From NCBI RefSeq assembly GCF_009914755.1, contig NC_060933.1: a stretch of DNA of 64,000 nucleotides, one strand, 5' to 3'. This DNA is from the human T2T-CHM13v2.0 reference genome, Homo sapiens. A program made the translations under genes and the position numbers. Below, piece by piece: positions 1 through 13,093 of the stretch; within the stretch, counting starts at the first letter, position 1, and each line of letters starts with the position of its first letter. The notes below the pieces were generated by a model, which did no database searches, was not told the DNA's origin, and saw only the letters and a program-made list of their open reading frames with translations.

Positions 1-456
1 AAGATGTTAATAACTTATTGTAAATCAGTAATAGAATTAATAAAAGAGAGCAAGACATAGGAACTAACGAAGAGTACCCAATGAAGCATTTAAGAATTTT
101 TTTTCCAATTCCCTAATGTAGTATGTTCAGCTAGTAGGTCCCACAGCTTATTAATTTACTATACTCACAGGCGACATTCTTTAGAAATCCATCTGTGGAT
201 GTAGTAAAGTAAATAAGGTAATCATATTTTACCTAGCATGGCAATATGGAAATTTTACAAGTTTGAGAATTTAACAGGTCCATAAGTTTTGCCAAAACAC
301 TGAAGAACCCATATGCATCAAAGAAATGGAAAGTTATCATCAGTAGGAGGTGCTCAGAAAAAAGAGAAAACTTTAATACGTAGTTCAGTCATTCCTGAGC
401 TATGTAAGGATTTGACTTAAGATAAAAAAAAAGGGGGATAGGTATACCCATTCTTT

Positions 457-960
457 TGTATTAGCAAAGAATGATTTGGTTGCAAGTAACAGAAAGCTAT
501 CTTAACTAAGTTATGCAGAAATAAAAATAGATTGGTTGGATACTGAACCATTTCACATAATCTTGGCAGGTATAGAGATGTAACATGTCAGGAACAAAGA
601 CACAGATATTTGAATGCTTTCAGGACCTTTCCTTTCCATTCCTCATCTAAGCTTCTCTCTGCATGGTGGCTTCCTTCTGCTAGTACAGCTTTGTCCACAT
701 GGCAAAACGATGACCACTAGCTGAGCCCAAGACCCACTTTTCAAAGTTTCAATAGCAGATATCTGCTTCTCTTTTCTTCTCAAATACAGCTTGAAAAGTC
801 TCAAGGAAGCACTCAGATTGGTCAGGCTTGGGTTAGGAGCCCATTATAGAATCATCAATGATGGCCAAGTAGTTGGCCCTATGACTGATTGCCCCCACTG
901 AGATGGAACAATTGAAAAGGAGGAAGAGGAGTTCTCCAAGAGGAGGGCAATGTATTTTGG
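457..960 (-). mobile_element. Old MaLR LTR (MLT1J/K/L-like), degenerate
   Basis: tgtattagc...ttggttgcaagtaacagaaa... start and 'cagattggtcaggcttgggttaggagcccat' motif typical of MLT1 antisense; ends approximate. Confidence 0.6.
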
Positions 961-1571
961 GGAAGATGAAAAAGCTTTATGCCAGACATAATGAGTAAGG
1001 AAATGAATACACTTTGACCTTTGGATTTCTGTTTTTTTGGTTTGCCATTTTATGTAACATACTCACAAGTTGACTGTTGATCTCTTTATCTAGATAACTA
1101 GTTATATTTCTCTTTTAACAGGTTTCACTTTTCTAGTCATTCTTCTCATATAAGGATCAGAAAACAACAGTAAAATGGAGAAAGAGGGTTAGGTGCCTAT
1201 AGCCCAGTCTGAGACGAATGATACTTTAGATCACAGAAAAAATACTTTTTAGGAGTTAATCCTAATGTTTTTAAAATTTAATGATAGAACTCACACCTCT
1301 CTTCAGATCAGAACTAAGACCTGGTTAATGCAGCTATACCTTCTCATTCTGTCCATCATACATGCAGTTCATTAGTTGGGTCTGAGTCAGTGCTCAGAGT
1401 ATTAGGTGCTAGTCTAAAAGCACAGGTGACCTGCTCTAAATCAGACATTTCTAAAGTACGGGTCCTAGACAGTAGCTGATGGCTCAAGAAAAATTCTTTC
1501 TTTGGAGAAAAGGGAATTTAATTAACCTACCATATTAACTTTTCCTTCTAGAGGCATCAACTCATTCTTTT

Positions 1572-1960
<389 letters not shown>

Positions 1961-2239
1961 TAAACTTTCTAATTTGCACTTTGAATGGCAGTGTAAAAAG
2001 ATAGAGCTCTCACATTATTCACAGGGTGTAAACTATTAACAAACTAAAAAAAAAACTTTAAACCTGAAAAACACTCTTACTAATTCTGGAGTGTTTTGTT
2101 TGTTTTCTTCAAAACCAATCACATTAAATCTTTAACCATTCACAATAAGAAAGCTAAAACAGTTGCTAAGCACATAAATACATAGTTTTGTTGTTTTTTT
2201 TCTACCTGAGGAAGGTTTTCAGATGATAGATCCATCTTT

Positions 2240-2790
2240 AGACTGCTCTCATCATTCTTTGAGAAGCCCCAAATCCTTCAGCATGACTAATTAAAGGTCC
2301 TCAGCAGCCTGTTCTCAGTCTTATCCATCAGAGCTTCCCTTCCATAATCAGGCTATCATCACAGCACACTCACCACCATTGAAAGCAGGGGATATACTTG
2401 TCAACCTCTTCGCTCTTGCTCTTGTTGATCCTCTTCCTGTTATACCCTTTCATCCAATTCTTTTCAGTCTTGGAGTCTGGCTCAAATCTCACTATTTTTG
2501 TGAAGCTTTCTCTAATCTCCACCCATCATCCTTCTTCCCCTCCCCTCCCAAGTTGGCAGCTATATCTCTTCCTCTATGCATCCACAAGCATTTATAAAAA
2601 AAGTTTCATTGTATAACATCTGATATGGCATATTGGCATATTCTACCACTATTCCACATGCCAAATCTTAAATTGTGTTATATTTATTTGTATGAATTTC
2701 TTTTCCCTCCTAGTTGGTAGGAGTTTCCTTGAGATCATGTCTACTTATTCTGAATCCTGGAGTGTCTACCAGAGTTCACCACTCAAACAG
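2240..2790 (+). mobile_element. L2 LINE 3' fragment, degenerate
   Basis: Pyrimidine-rich L2 3' motifs (ggctcaaatctcact...gaagctttctcta; ctctcttcctctatgcatccac). Confidence 0.55.
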
Positions 2791-5299
2791 CTATTATATT
2801 GTGGTGTTTTGTGTTTTTCACTAGACTGCAAGGGCCTAATGAGGAAGACATGTTCTCTAACTTTGTATCACTATTACCTAATCACAGGCCAAGCAGGTCC
2901 TGTGGCAGAGCACGTCATGAGAAACTACTTGCCTTGGTGCTGACCATTAAGTCAGTGTCCAAATTCACAGCTTCCTTGTGAGTTTATGAAGTTTCCATAG
3001 CAGCTTCCTGGGCTATAGAAACCACATATCCCATTTATTGTCTCTTCTACTCTTGGTAAACTCTCCTTTTATCAGTGAAGGGGAGGAGCATACATATATA
3101 ACCTGCCCACCCACACCTACCACTCCTCCTCACCAAAATCCCCCACCCTCTGAATCAAATGGTCGTATTCTGCTTTGAATAAATTAATTCTAATTTCCTG
3201 GACATTTTTAGATTATTCATCTACAGGGATATGTACAGGGACCATGCTGATGTTAATTTATCACTCATTTTAACCAGGATGTCTAAGGACAGGTAAGACT
3301 AAATCTCATGAAACATTTAAAAACAGTGAAACCAGTAAGTAATATATTACCAAAATGAGTTTTTTCCTGAGCATTATATGGTACTGGAATGAGAGTTTCC
3401 TAAGGAAAGGGCACGTGCTGGAGAAAAGATGAAAAAAAAAAAAAATAGGCCTAGGGGCAAGACTATAGAAGACCACGTGTGTCACCCACTGAGCAAGCTA
3501 TTAGAGACCCTTTAGAGAATTTTCAACAGAAAAAAGATGACAAAAATGGCCTTAGAAACCTTAGGCTAACGGAATACAACATTCTAAATCTCCACTAAAA
3601 TGATGAAAAAGATGCAAGCAGTATAACAGCTTTAAAAAGCAACATGTCATGTAATCCCATACATTGACGTATGTCAAGCATCAGTCAAGGTCAGAAGGAT
3701 AGGAAGCTGGTTTCAGTTCTACCTGGAATGAAGTTCATTATATATGTCCAGAGCACAAAGATTTTAAAATTGAGGGCAGGCCACTTTAAAAACAATTTGC
3801 AAAAAAACTGGCAAACATAATTCACAAATATAAAGAGGAAAATATAATGGATCTCTCATTCTAAATTCAGTTTAAAGTAGCAGTCCTGGGGCCATTGTTA
3901 AGGCACAGAGTGGGCACAGAAAGTTAGAAGTCTACCCAGTTTTTACTCCCTTAGAAACAGTGGGGGTTTTGGCTAATAGAGCTGTGAATATTCAGTGAAG
4001 GCCAATAATCAATTTGCTTCGAAAATAGCAGCAGTCACAGTTCCCGCAGCTTTACAGGCTTGCCAGGAGGGGCACCCCATACCCACACACACACTTGGTA
4101 AAGGGTGGAGGAAACACCATCCTCATAAATGAGCCTTCAAGGCTTGCTTTTTGATGTTTCTGTCACAGGAAGGATTAACAATGCACAGCTTCCTTCACTG
4201 CTGCTTTCACAGCTAGAATTTTAACATGCCCAGCATCTCTAAGGAAGTTGTTAGTATCTAACTTAAATAGGAGCAGGAAATCCTTTACATCCATTGTTGG
4301 GAAAAATAAATAAGTTCCTAAAACATCATGCTGGCTACATAGCCCTTGCGAACAAAGTGAGCATCACACAGGGTGCACTGACTAGGGGCATATCTTGGAG
4401 GGTCCTCCGGTTATATTTAATTCTTGTTAGACTCTGATAGAATGTTGTTGCTTCTGTGAAAGCCTGCTGAAACTGTGCTGCTTTGTTTCCTGGGAGTTTC
4501 CAACAGAAGGAGTAGGAAATAAAGGACTAAACAAAAGCTGGGCTGAAAGATTATAAAAACAAATGAGCAAGGGAAGTAGCAATAATGTTCCTCCTGGTGG
4601 GATGCTCACCCCAACAAAGGCAAGTAATAGAGAAGGCCCTTAGGAATTTATTCATACAGATCACGGAAATTTGCAAAAATGAGCAAGTGATAACCTCAGC
4701 CTTGGAACTAGATGCCTCCAGCTGTAGCTGCAACAGTCCTACCTCAATGCTGCCATCAAAACAGAAAGTTGTGAAAAAGTACTTGGGCAAAGCCTGGAGT
4801 TAGAGAACAATAGGCCTGGTGCTGGCTTCATAACAATAAATTACTAAACTGGGTATACTTGCTCTGGCAGCCCATACCACAGAGTAAAGAAACCATGTGT
4901 GGGATAAGGTGCTTGGGCAGCAAAAGATGGGAGGACGTTCCCATTCCTGTTCCACGATGCCCTCAGTGCTTCTTCTGGTTCCACATGAAGTATAGAGGAT
5001 ACGGGAAAGAGCAGTAGTTTAGAATTATCCAGGTGGTCAAAGGCCCGTCAAGGTAATAATCACTCCAGAGATGTGCATAGACTGTTGGAGAGTGGGAGAC
5101 AATGCTGTGCCTCTCTAAGGGGTCTTCACTGACAGAAGGAGTCAAGGTGAACCTGGATACTGTCTCTTCTAAAATCAAACCTACCATCAACAGAGACCTG
5201 AAGCAGCAGACAAAACCAGCCTGGTCAGAGCAAGCCCAGAGATACTTCTAAATGACTCATAGGTGGCCGAACTCTTTATTTTCTTATCTCCCAAGGTCC

Positions 5300-6183
5300 T
5301 TATGCCCTCCAGTCCCATGGAAGCCAAGAAATCCCAGAAAAGGGGAAAAGAGAAGAATCTCACACCAAAGCATACTCAACCAAAGTTAACATTCCTCTAA
5401 CTCTACCTACAGGTGATGAATGGAGGCCGAATAAAAAGCAAACTATACCCTCTGCATACTTCAAGTTTCTCAAGACATAAACCTGGCCTGCACTACGAGG
5501 AAGAGGACATGCTAAACTGATCACAATATGGAAGTTTTAACTGTCATAAATTTTTAATAACTTTAAGTAACCAGAAATGCAAGCAATGTATGATGGTCAA
5601 TACAGAGTATCAGCTTGAATGGATTGAAGGATGCAAAGTATTGATCCTGGGGATGTCTGTGAGGGTGTTGCCAAAGGAGATTAACATTTGAGTCAATGGG
5701 CTGGGAAAGGCAGATCTGCCTTTAATCTGGGCGGACACCATCTAAGCAGCTGCCAGCATGGTAGAATATAAAACAGGCAGAAAAATGTGAAAAGACTAGA
5801 CTGGCCTAGCCTCCCAGCCTACATCTTTCTCCTGTGCTGGATGCTTCCTGCCCTCAAACGTCGGACTCCAAGTTCTTCAGTTTTGGGACTCCGACTGGCT
5901 CTTCTTCCTCCTCAGGTTGCAGACGGCCTTTCTTAGGACCTTGAGGTTATGTGAATGAATACTTAATAAACTCCCCTTTATATATTTATCTATCCTATTA
6001 GTTCTGTCCCTCCAGAGAACCCTGACTAATATATACTGAAAAAATTAAAATCCAGAGATGGCACTGGGTATAGAAAAGGAACAGGCTGAAACAGAACACA
6101 GTTCAAAGTGACAACTGAATAAAAAATATACTTTTTTATGTTAATACCCAGCAGCTTTTGGACTATTAAATAAACCTGTTACT
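5300..6183 (+). mobile_element. Ancient Gypsy-like LTR remnant (MamGypLTR/LTR8x-like), split by MLT2A
   Basis: ...taagtaaccagaaatg | MLT2A | ...gaataaaaa...tattaaataaacctgttacta resembles recalled Gypsy-LTR 3' ends; family uncertain. Confidence 0.3.
5589..6033 (+). mobile_element. ERVL solo LTR MLT2A (MLT2A1-like)
   Basis: tatgatggtcaatacagagtatcagc...gactggcctagcctcccagcctacatctttctc...cctattagttctgtccctccagagaaccctgactaata, matching MLT2A end to end. Confidence 0.92.
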
Positions 6184-6189
6184 ATATTA

Positions 6190-6340
6190 ACATGTTTAAT
6201 TCTCATATCAATGAGTTGGAATTGTATTGTACTCACTTGATAGAAAAGTAAATTGGGACTGAGAGAGGTAAATTTCTCAGAGTTCAGTTATTAAGCCAGG
6301 ATTTGAAATCAGGTCCATTTGGCTCTATAAAACATGCTTT
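6190..6340 (-). mobile_element. MIR SINE
   Basis: gggactgagagaggtaaa...agccaggatttgaaatcaggtccatttggctc, MIR core antisense. Confidence 0.7.
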
Positions 6341-6574
6341 CTTTCTCCCACTCACCTTATTTTTCAGGATTTCTTGATGATAGGACCTTCCTGGAGTGTG
6401 TCAAATGTTAGCAGTAGGGGGAATTATAAATAAAAGGATATATTATGGAAGCAACATTACAAACTATGACAGTGGGCCACTAAATGGACATCTAGGCAGA
6501 TGGTTCCTAGAAATCCAGCAGCAGGAAGGAGGTCAATATATTAAAAGGTTTTATAGGTCAATATATCAAAAGGT

Positions 6575-7336
6575 TTTTCCGAAGATTACCATAACGTATC
6601 TCCAGATATGTAGCTCTTTTAGGACTTTGTAACTCCTCCTTCAAAAGGTAAAATCTATGGCACTATCTCTGAACCTGGGTTGGCCTTTGTGACTGCTTTG
6701 ATCACAAGAGTATGGCAGAAGTGGCTCTGAGATTAGTCAAAAGAATGGATGCACTCTTGGAGCACTTGTTTTTGGAATCTATCCATCATGCTGTGAGAAA
6801 GCCTAAGATGCCTTGGAGAGGCCCATGTACAGAGGAACTGAAGCCCCAGCCCATACATAGCCCTGGATTAGCTCCTAGACAAAGGCGGCACTGAACTGTC
6901 AACCACCTGAATGACTTATCTTGAAAGTGGATTGTCAGTGTACAAGATGAAGCTTAAAATCTGTAGACACTGCTTTGTTGTTATTTTTTAAAAGGCCCTC
7001 TAGTATATGATAAGCTGTACAGTCTCATTGTTCTCAGGTGTGTATATTGACTGACTTAGGCTGAAATGTCAGGTATATATATTGACTTCAGTGTATAGCC
7101 CTTAGTTATTAAACTAAGAAATTAAAACCTCTGTATTTAACTGGTAATCAGGAAAAATATATACATACAAACTAAACCAAAGAAACAGAAAAAAAAAGTT
7201 GGTATCACATGGAACAGAGTAAAGCAATTCCTGAAAAGTTACACTAAAATTGTAAATTTATGCAAATAGTTAGTACTTGTTATTCGCTCATGCCTGTGAA
7301 GTTTGAAGGTGGTTTGTTTCACGGTAATAACTGACA
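6575..7336 (+). mobile_element. MaLR LTR (MLT1F/G/H-like), interrupted by a ~260-bp insert at ~6939-7196
   Basis: ctttgtgactgctttga...gctgtgagaaagcctaag...ggagaggcccatgtacagaggaactgaagccccagcc...gaaagtggat; resumes agttggtatcacatggaacagag...gtggtttgtttcacggtaataactgaca. Confidence 0.75.
6939..7197 (+). pseudogene. Candidate 5'-truncated processed retrocopy (3'UTR-like fragment with decayed poly(A))
   Basis: Sequence not recognised as a repeat interrupts MLT1; ATTAAA at 7108 and 7121, then A-rich tail 7153-7197; no clear TSD and parent gene unknown. Confidence 0.4.
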
Positions 7337-7704
7337 AAAGTCATAGAAACTGGACAACAAGAACTGGACTCTAGTCTCTGGGAATATAGGGGGAGAACTT
7401 AAGGCAAAACTCTAGCTTGAAGGAAGTGGATTATAAACAGAACTTCAGGAGTGTGGAACAAGATAGAATATCTGTTTCTAGACCCTGAGTAAAAAGTAGG
7501 GCCTTAGTGCTAGGAACCAAGAGATAAGCCCAATTAGTAGGCACATGATTAGGGCAAATTTAACAAGTGTGACCTGATGCTCAAGAAGTTAATCAGCCTC
7601 AGATGCGGGACAAGGAAGAGCTATCCTGAGGGACTAGAAATTAGGCATGTCATTTTACTGAGTTTTGTACCAGAGCACATGCATCACTTCAAGACTCTAG
7701 TGTC

Positions 7705-7886
7705 AGAATGGCAAATCAGTTTCAAGTTTCAGAAAACTCTGATTTATTAGTAGTGGTTGCCTGGAGTAATATGCAGAAAAAGGCTACAAGGCAGCATCCA
7801 GACTCAGCAGGAAAGACTGATTAATGATGTCTTTCACCAGAGTAGAAAAAGCAACTTGACATGCATACCATGCCTTTCCTAGCCCT
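7705..7886. mobile_element. hAT-Charlie MITE (MER117-like)
   Basis: tggcaaatcagtttca...tagtagtggttgcctggag...catccagactcagcaggaaag...gattaatgatgtct...gccctg. Confidence 0.65.
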
Positions 7887-8009
7887 GTGTTAAATGTGAC
7901 TAATTTCAATATTAGATATGTGGCTCTCATCACAAGACCCAGTATGAATGCAGCAGAAAATACCTTTAAAGCTTTGTGCAGTATCAGATGTTTACCATGA
8001 GTTGAAGAA

Positions 8010-8216
8010 AGGATCTAAAGTCACAAGACTGGTGTTAAATCTGTAGGCTGGACTAACTTGTAGTATGACCTTAAGCAAAAACTTGATCTCCTCTTCTTTT
8101 CTTTAGTTTTCAAAGAAAATAAAATCTTCTTAATGACGTTGTTATGAGGGTGAATGAGAGAACTCCTAAGAATATGGTTTGTTAACAGTGAAGGCTGCAT
8201 GCATATTAATGGTTAC
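8010..8216 (+). mobile_element. MIR/MIR3 SINE
   Basis: tatgaccttaagcaaaaacttgatctc...gttgttatgagggtgaatgag. Confidence 0.6.
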
Positions 8217-10351
8217 TCAAACCATTATGAAGGCACAACTTTTCCCCATTTGGCCCAAAAGTGTAAGTCTTATTTGGTCCAACTCCTTCATTATCTATGC
8301 CTGATTCATTGCAAGCACTGTTATAAAGCACTCTCATTATAAAGCAAAAGTTTTTTCTTTTCTCGCCAATGCCTCCTAAGTTTATTTCCTACTATTATGA
8401 CACTCTTCTCAAAATGGGTAGATTTTCTTGACTACAATGGATGTCTATAACTGAGTGAAGCTGCAGCTAGGAAGAAGAAAAGTCAGAACTAATAGTAGAG
8501 AAGAAATGAGTAGACAGGCCCAGAGAAAGTTAGAAACAGAGTGGTAATTGGAAGTCTGTGAGTCAGGAATTCAGGTAAGTTTGGCAAGCAGGAGTCGAAT
8601 TGCAGAGAGGTAAACAGGAAAGAGAAACACAGTGTAAATATTAAGAAGCTTTCTACTAAACTCACACTGACGTCAAGAACTTCCATCTGCTTACCCAAAG
8701 GTTGCCATCCTGAGTTTCCTGATTTCTGTAAGATCAGCTCATTTGTATGTTTTTTTTTTTTTTAATATTACATTTTTTCAAGAAAGGGTGATTTGCTGTT
8801 AAAAACTTTAAAAGCCACCATCCTACATTAACCCTCCTGCAGTAAAATAGGCCTACCTGCTATTTCCCAAATATTTGGTACACTTTCCCCTATCTACTTT
8901 ACTTATAGCCTGCTTTCTATGCCAGCCTCAGACCCATTGTCTCAGAAGAGAAGTAAAACGTTGTAGCCACACACTAATTCATCCTACACTGTTCAGTTGA
9001 TTGGGAAAAGGTCTTTCAGAAACTTCGAGCTGTTATCTTGGAGCCATCAAAGTTACCATAAATGACTATTTTTCTGAGCAGAATTTGAAACAGGTAACTG
9101 ACTTCATGGCAAGACCAGTCCATATGATAATACCATTTTCTATGATGATTCCTCTGGCTCTCAAGTCTTAATGTTATTTTGCATAATGCCAAGGCACAAA
9201 GCTACAGGGCTGAATGATAATTCAGTTACCTTAACAGAACAAACTTTGGGCAAGTCAAGATGATATCTAAAGTATTAATGGTAAAATGGGTATTGAACTG
9301 TAAGAACGACATACCAACCAATCAGAACCAACCCAGACTGTGAACGACATTCATGGCCAAACCAGTGTATATAATCTCTGCCCATTGTTAACTTAGGAAT
9401 GATTTCTCTTCATCTCCTCCACTGTTATCAACATCACCATCATACTGGCTGTTACAGTAAGAAATTCTGTATAACAATCAAAAGACTTTTGAAAAATTAA
9501 ATGAGTTATTATATCTCTTACTCTACACAGAAGAAAGATCTAATGAGAACTAAAAAGCCATATGATGAATCCTTTCCACAGTCACCGCCACTCTGCTTCA
9601 GTGGGCCAGATTTTTCCTGTACTTCTGCTGGGAGTTGGATATTGGGATCTGCAGAACTCAGGGAAGAGATATGCAAAAAGAGCATCACAGGCCTGCCAAA
9701 AGCCTCAGTCTTGTTAAATATGCTCCAGCACACACACACAAAATTGTTTAGGATTATTGCTGGCTGTGTCAGTGATAATAAAATTGGCTAGATGACCAAT
9801 TTAATGCTGACAATAAACACTGACATCCATGTCTAGGTAGGTAGAGAAAATGTGGCAGGCTAAATGATAATCAGGAAGTCACTCTGAATAAGACAACAAA
9901 GTCTGTTAATTTAACTGATGTTCCCTTTTATTTTCTATTCATTAGGATACAATGGTTGAGAGTAAGACCCAGGACAGGGTCTAATGTAAAATCAACATAG
10001 CTGCACGATTGCAGTAAAGTAAAACAATGGGACAATCATGGGAGTCAACAAGGAGGGCAATGTAAGTTTGACTCCTGCAATAGAGTTTTCCTCCATTGAA
10101 AAATTTCTGAAACCCAGTTTCTGAGTGCCATGGATGCTATAGTTATTGGTCTGGAGAAATTCACTTAAAACCACGTCCCAGTGTCTATCCATGATTAAAA
10201 TGGGAATAAACCATTGGTTTTGTGAATAGTCAATTATAGTTAATAGCCCATTAATACTTTTTAAAAACAACTCATTAAAACAGTAAGAATTAGAGGCACA
10301 GCATATAGTAATAATGCTGAAAGATATAAAATTAGCTACCTGAATCAAGTC

Positions 10352-10520
10352 CACAGAATCCTAGCATAAAAACAGACTTAAGAGTCATCTGTCCAGTTTC
10401 TCTGATAAAGCAGGCATCTCTTTCCAATATTCATGGTAACTAGTGATAGTGAGCTCATTGATTTTTGAGATGGCTCTAATTACTCTTCCTAATACTTAGC
10501 TTAAGTCATCCTCCTTGACT
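10352..10520 (-). mobile_element. L3/CR1 fragment
   Basis: cacagaatcctag...agagtcatctgtccag...gagctcattg...cttcctaatacttagcttaa. Confidence 0.45.
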
Positions 10521-10574
10521 GCCAAACACAATTTGTAGTTGCACACAATAATTTAATTTACTCTTTGATGGGTT

Positions 10575-10790
10575 CATCTAGGTTCACAAATAAGTAATTA
10601 TGAGTTATAAAACTTAAGCAAGTTATTTAATCGCTCTATGCCTCAGTTTCCACATCTTTAAAATGGGTATAATTGTATTTATTTCATAAAGTTGTAAGAA
10701 GAATTAAATAAGCAAATACATTTACAGTACTTAGAATAGTACTTGACAAATGATACATATTAGTACTTGACAATACATATTTGTTGAATG
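10575..10790 (+). mobile_element. MIR SINE
   Basis: gcaagttatttaatcgctctatgcctcagtttccacatctttaaaatggg...agtacttagaatagtacttgaca. Confidence 0.85.
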
Positions 10791-11090
10791 ATTTAAGGAC
10801 AATTTGACAATTACACAAACATGAGAGTGATAATACGTTGGGAAGCATATTTGGAATTCTAGATGATTTAATTAGGTTATTATAACAAAATGTACAAGAT
10901 TAAAATTAGCAGTGACAAATTAAAAAGTTCTGCAGCAAAAGATATTTTATTGAAAACATTGCATTAATGAAAATTTAAAAATGTGGCTTAAAGATAATGG
11001 AAATGGCAAGACTTGAAAAGTTTTTTGACCATAACACTGATGTGAACCAAGAATGTGACTTTCCTACTTAAAAGTCAATGCAGAATGGTA
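10790..11090 (+). mobile_element. L3/CR1 RT-region fragment (probably continues ~11830-12000)
   Basis: taatacgttgg...aagattaaaattagcagtgacaaattaaaaagttctgca...ttgaccataacactgatgtgaaccaagaatgtga...aaaagtcaatgca. Confidence 0.6.
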
Positions 11091-11401
11091 GCAGAAGCAG
11101 TATTTGTAAGATAATATAGATTGTGTATAACAGTATACACAATCTATATTGGTATATATGTTATATGTAGACAATATCTTGAAAAATAACCAAAACATAA
11201 TCATAATGGCTATCTTTGGGGAAGGGGCCGGAGACTTAAATGTTGCATTTTATAAACTCTTCCACTATGCAAAGCTATGAATATATTAAATATATATACA
11301 TATATTTATGTAATAGTTAAACCTAAGAAAATGGAGTCTAAGTCTGCACTTATGAACATAAATGTTACATTCTTACACATATGTTCTGAATCCAACTAGA
11401 C

Positions 11402-11828
11402 CAGGTTGTCTTATCCTTTTTCATACCATTTGGCAATGTGGTTAAGTTTCCTTAGAATAATGGTTTTAAAAGCACAAAATAAAATACAGAGGATTACAAA
11501 GGGAATTATATTAAAAATCCATTTCAAAATATTTTAGATATTTTAATATATTCATATATGATCTAGCAATGATATAATACACCAAAAACTGGTTTAAAAA
11601 TAGTGATGAGATTATAACAATTTCAAATATTTATAACAACTATAATGTGATATGAAAATGTTTTATTTCTATTAGTTACAGTCACAAATCCTCCTATGGA
11701 TTGTTGCCTACATTTGTAGTTCAAGGAAGTGCTAAATTTGAGTTAGAGTTCAGCTTTTGATAGGTGGAGTGGTAGAGGCAACCTTTTTTTTTTTTCCTAT
11801 CCACATTCCTACCAGACTCTGGGTTAAT
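11402..11828. mobile_element. hAT-Charlie element (MER119/Charlie10-like)
   Basis: agaataatggttttaaaagcacaaaataaaatacagaggattacaaagg...caactataatgtgatatgaaaat...ttgttgcctacatt...gctaaatttgagttagag. Confidence 0.75.
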
Positions 11829-12068
11829 TAGACAAGAATTACTTGTGACTGACTAAGGTTATACAACTCTTAGCAGAATATTAGTGAATGAGAGGTAATC
11901 TAGAGGAAGACAGGCAGAAGTATGGGTCTGAAAATCATGCCAAATGCAGATGCTGAACCTTCAGAGGAAGGCAGTTTGAAAACTGCCTTCAAGTACTAAT
12001 ACACAAGTTTTACTACGAGCCAGGTGGTGTTTTCAGCAGTTGTAATTTACTTGCATCACACAGTCTAG

Positions 12069-12726
12069 TGACAGGGACAGAAGGCAGGGAAATTCTGGGC
12101 AGAGGAGGATGGGTCCCCAGAGAAGGCCCCACCCTCAAGCCTGCAACTGTGGCCCAAAGTGAGAACATGCAATCCTGTTTTCCTTGCTCGAATGTTGCCT
12201 TTTCCAAAACCACCCATGGCCCGTCCCACTCCCCATCCTGCAGCCATAAAAACCCCCAGGACCAGACCAGCAGAGAGAAGAAGCTGTTGAACGTTGGGAG
12301 GAAAAGAAGCAGCTGATTGTCAGAGAGAAGCAGCTTGACTTCAGAGGGACAGCTTGATGGCAGAACTTCCTAGAAGAGTCCTACTAGAGATGGCTGGACT
12401 TCAGGGGAAGAATACCTTCCCACTCCATCCCCTTTCCAGGCCCCCTTCCCGCTGAGAGCCACTTACATTGGCAATAAAATCCTCCACATGTACTATCCTT
12501 CAATTTGTTCATGTGGCCTGATTTTTCCTGGACAACGGACAAGAACTTAGGATACAGAAGGTTGTCACACCGATCCTCTGCCCTCGCAAAAAGGCAGAGG
12601 GTCCACTGAGCTGCTAAAGACCTAAGCCATTCACAGATGGCAAAGCTAAAAAAGCACTACCTATAACATTCCTTTGGCTTCAGGGGATAACATGGGACGC
12701 ACACAGAGTTTTGCTCCTGCCAGTGC
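12069..12726 (+). mobile_element. ERV1 LTR of the LTR1/LTR27/LTR28 group, 3'-truncated
   Basis: tgacagggacagaaggcagggaaattctgggcag...ggccccaccctcaagcctg...gaatgttgccttttccaaaac...gagagccacttacattggcaataaaatc. Confidence 0.85.
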
Positions 12727-12788
12727 ACAGTGTTTGCTTTATCAAATAATGATTATTTGTACACTGTCTATTCCAGATAGATAAAATT

Positions 12789-13093
12789 GGCCAGGCGCAG
12801 TGGCTCACACCTTTAATCCCAGCACTTTGGGAGGCCGAGGTGGGCAGATTACCTGAGGTCAGGAATTCGAGACCAGCCTGACCAACATGGCAAAACTCCG
12901 TCTCTAATGAAGATACAAAAAAGCTAGCTGGGTGTGGTGGCAGACACCTGTAATCCCAGCTACTCAGGAGGCTGAGGCAGGAGAGTCGCTTGAATTCAGG
13001 AGGCAGAGGTTGCAGTGAGCCAAGATCATGCCACTGCACTCCAGCCTGGGCGAAAGAGAGAAACTCCATCTCAAAAAAGATAAAAGGAAAGAG
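12789..13093 (+). mobile_element. Full-length AluS (Sx/Sq-like)
   Basis: ggccaggcgcagtggctcacacc... dimer with A-rich tail. Confidence 0.96.

Noticed and set aside
169-192. Minus-strand 24-nt microexon-like cassette (ccacag|ATGG...GCCT|gtgagt)
   Set aside because: Peptide not recognised, no partner exons, and such motif pairs occur by chance in 64 kb.
3227-3292. Plus-strand 66-nt exon-like segment ending acag|gtaaga
   Set aside because: One open frame but no recognisable protein and a weak acceptor.
4427-5190. Cluster of short ORFs on both strands
   Set aside because: No recognisable domain or splice structure; may be decayed LTR or unique DNA.
9946-10354. Exon-like 9946-10061 (+) and 120-aa ORF (-)
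   Set aside because: The plus segment has stops in all three frames. The ORF has a non-ATG start and no recognisable homology.
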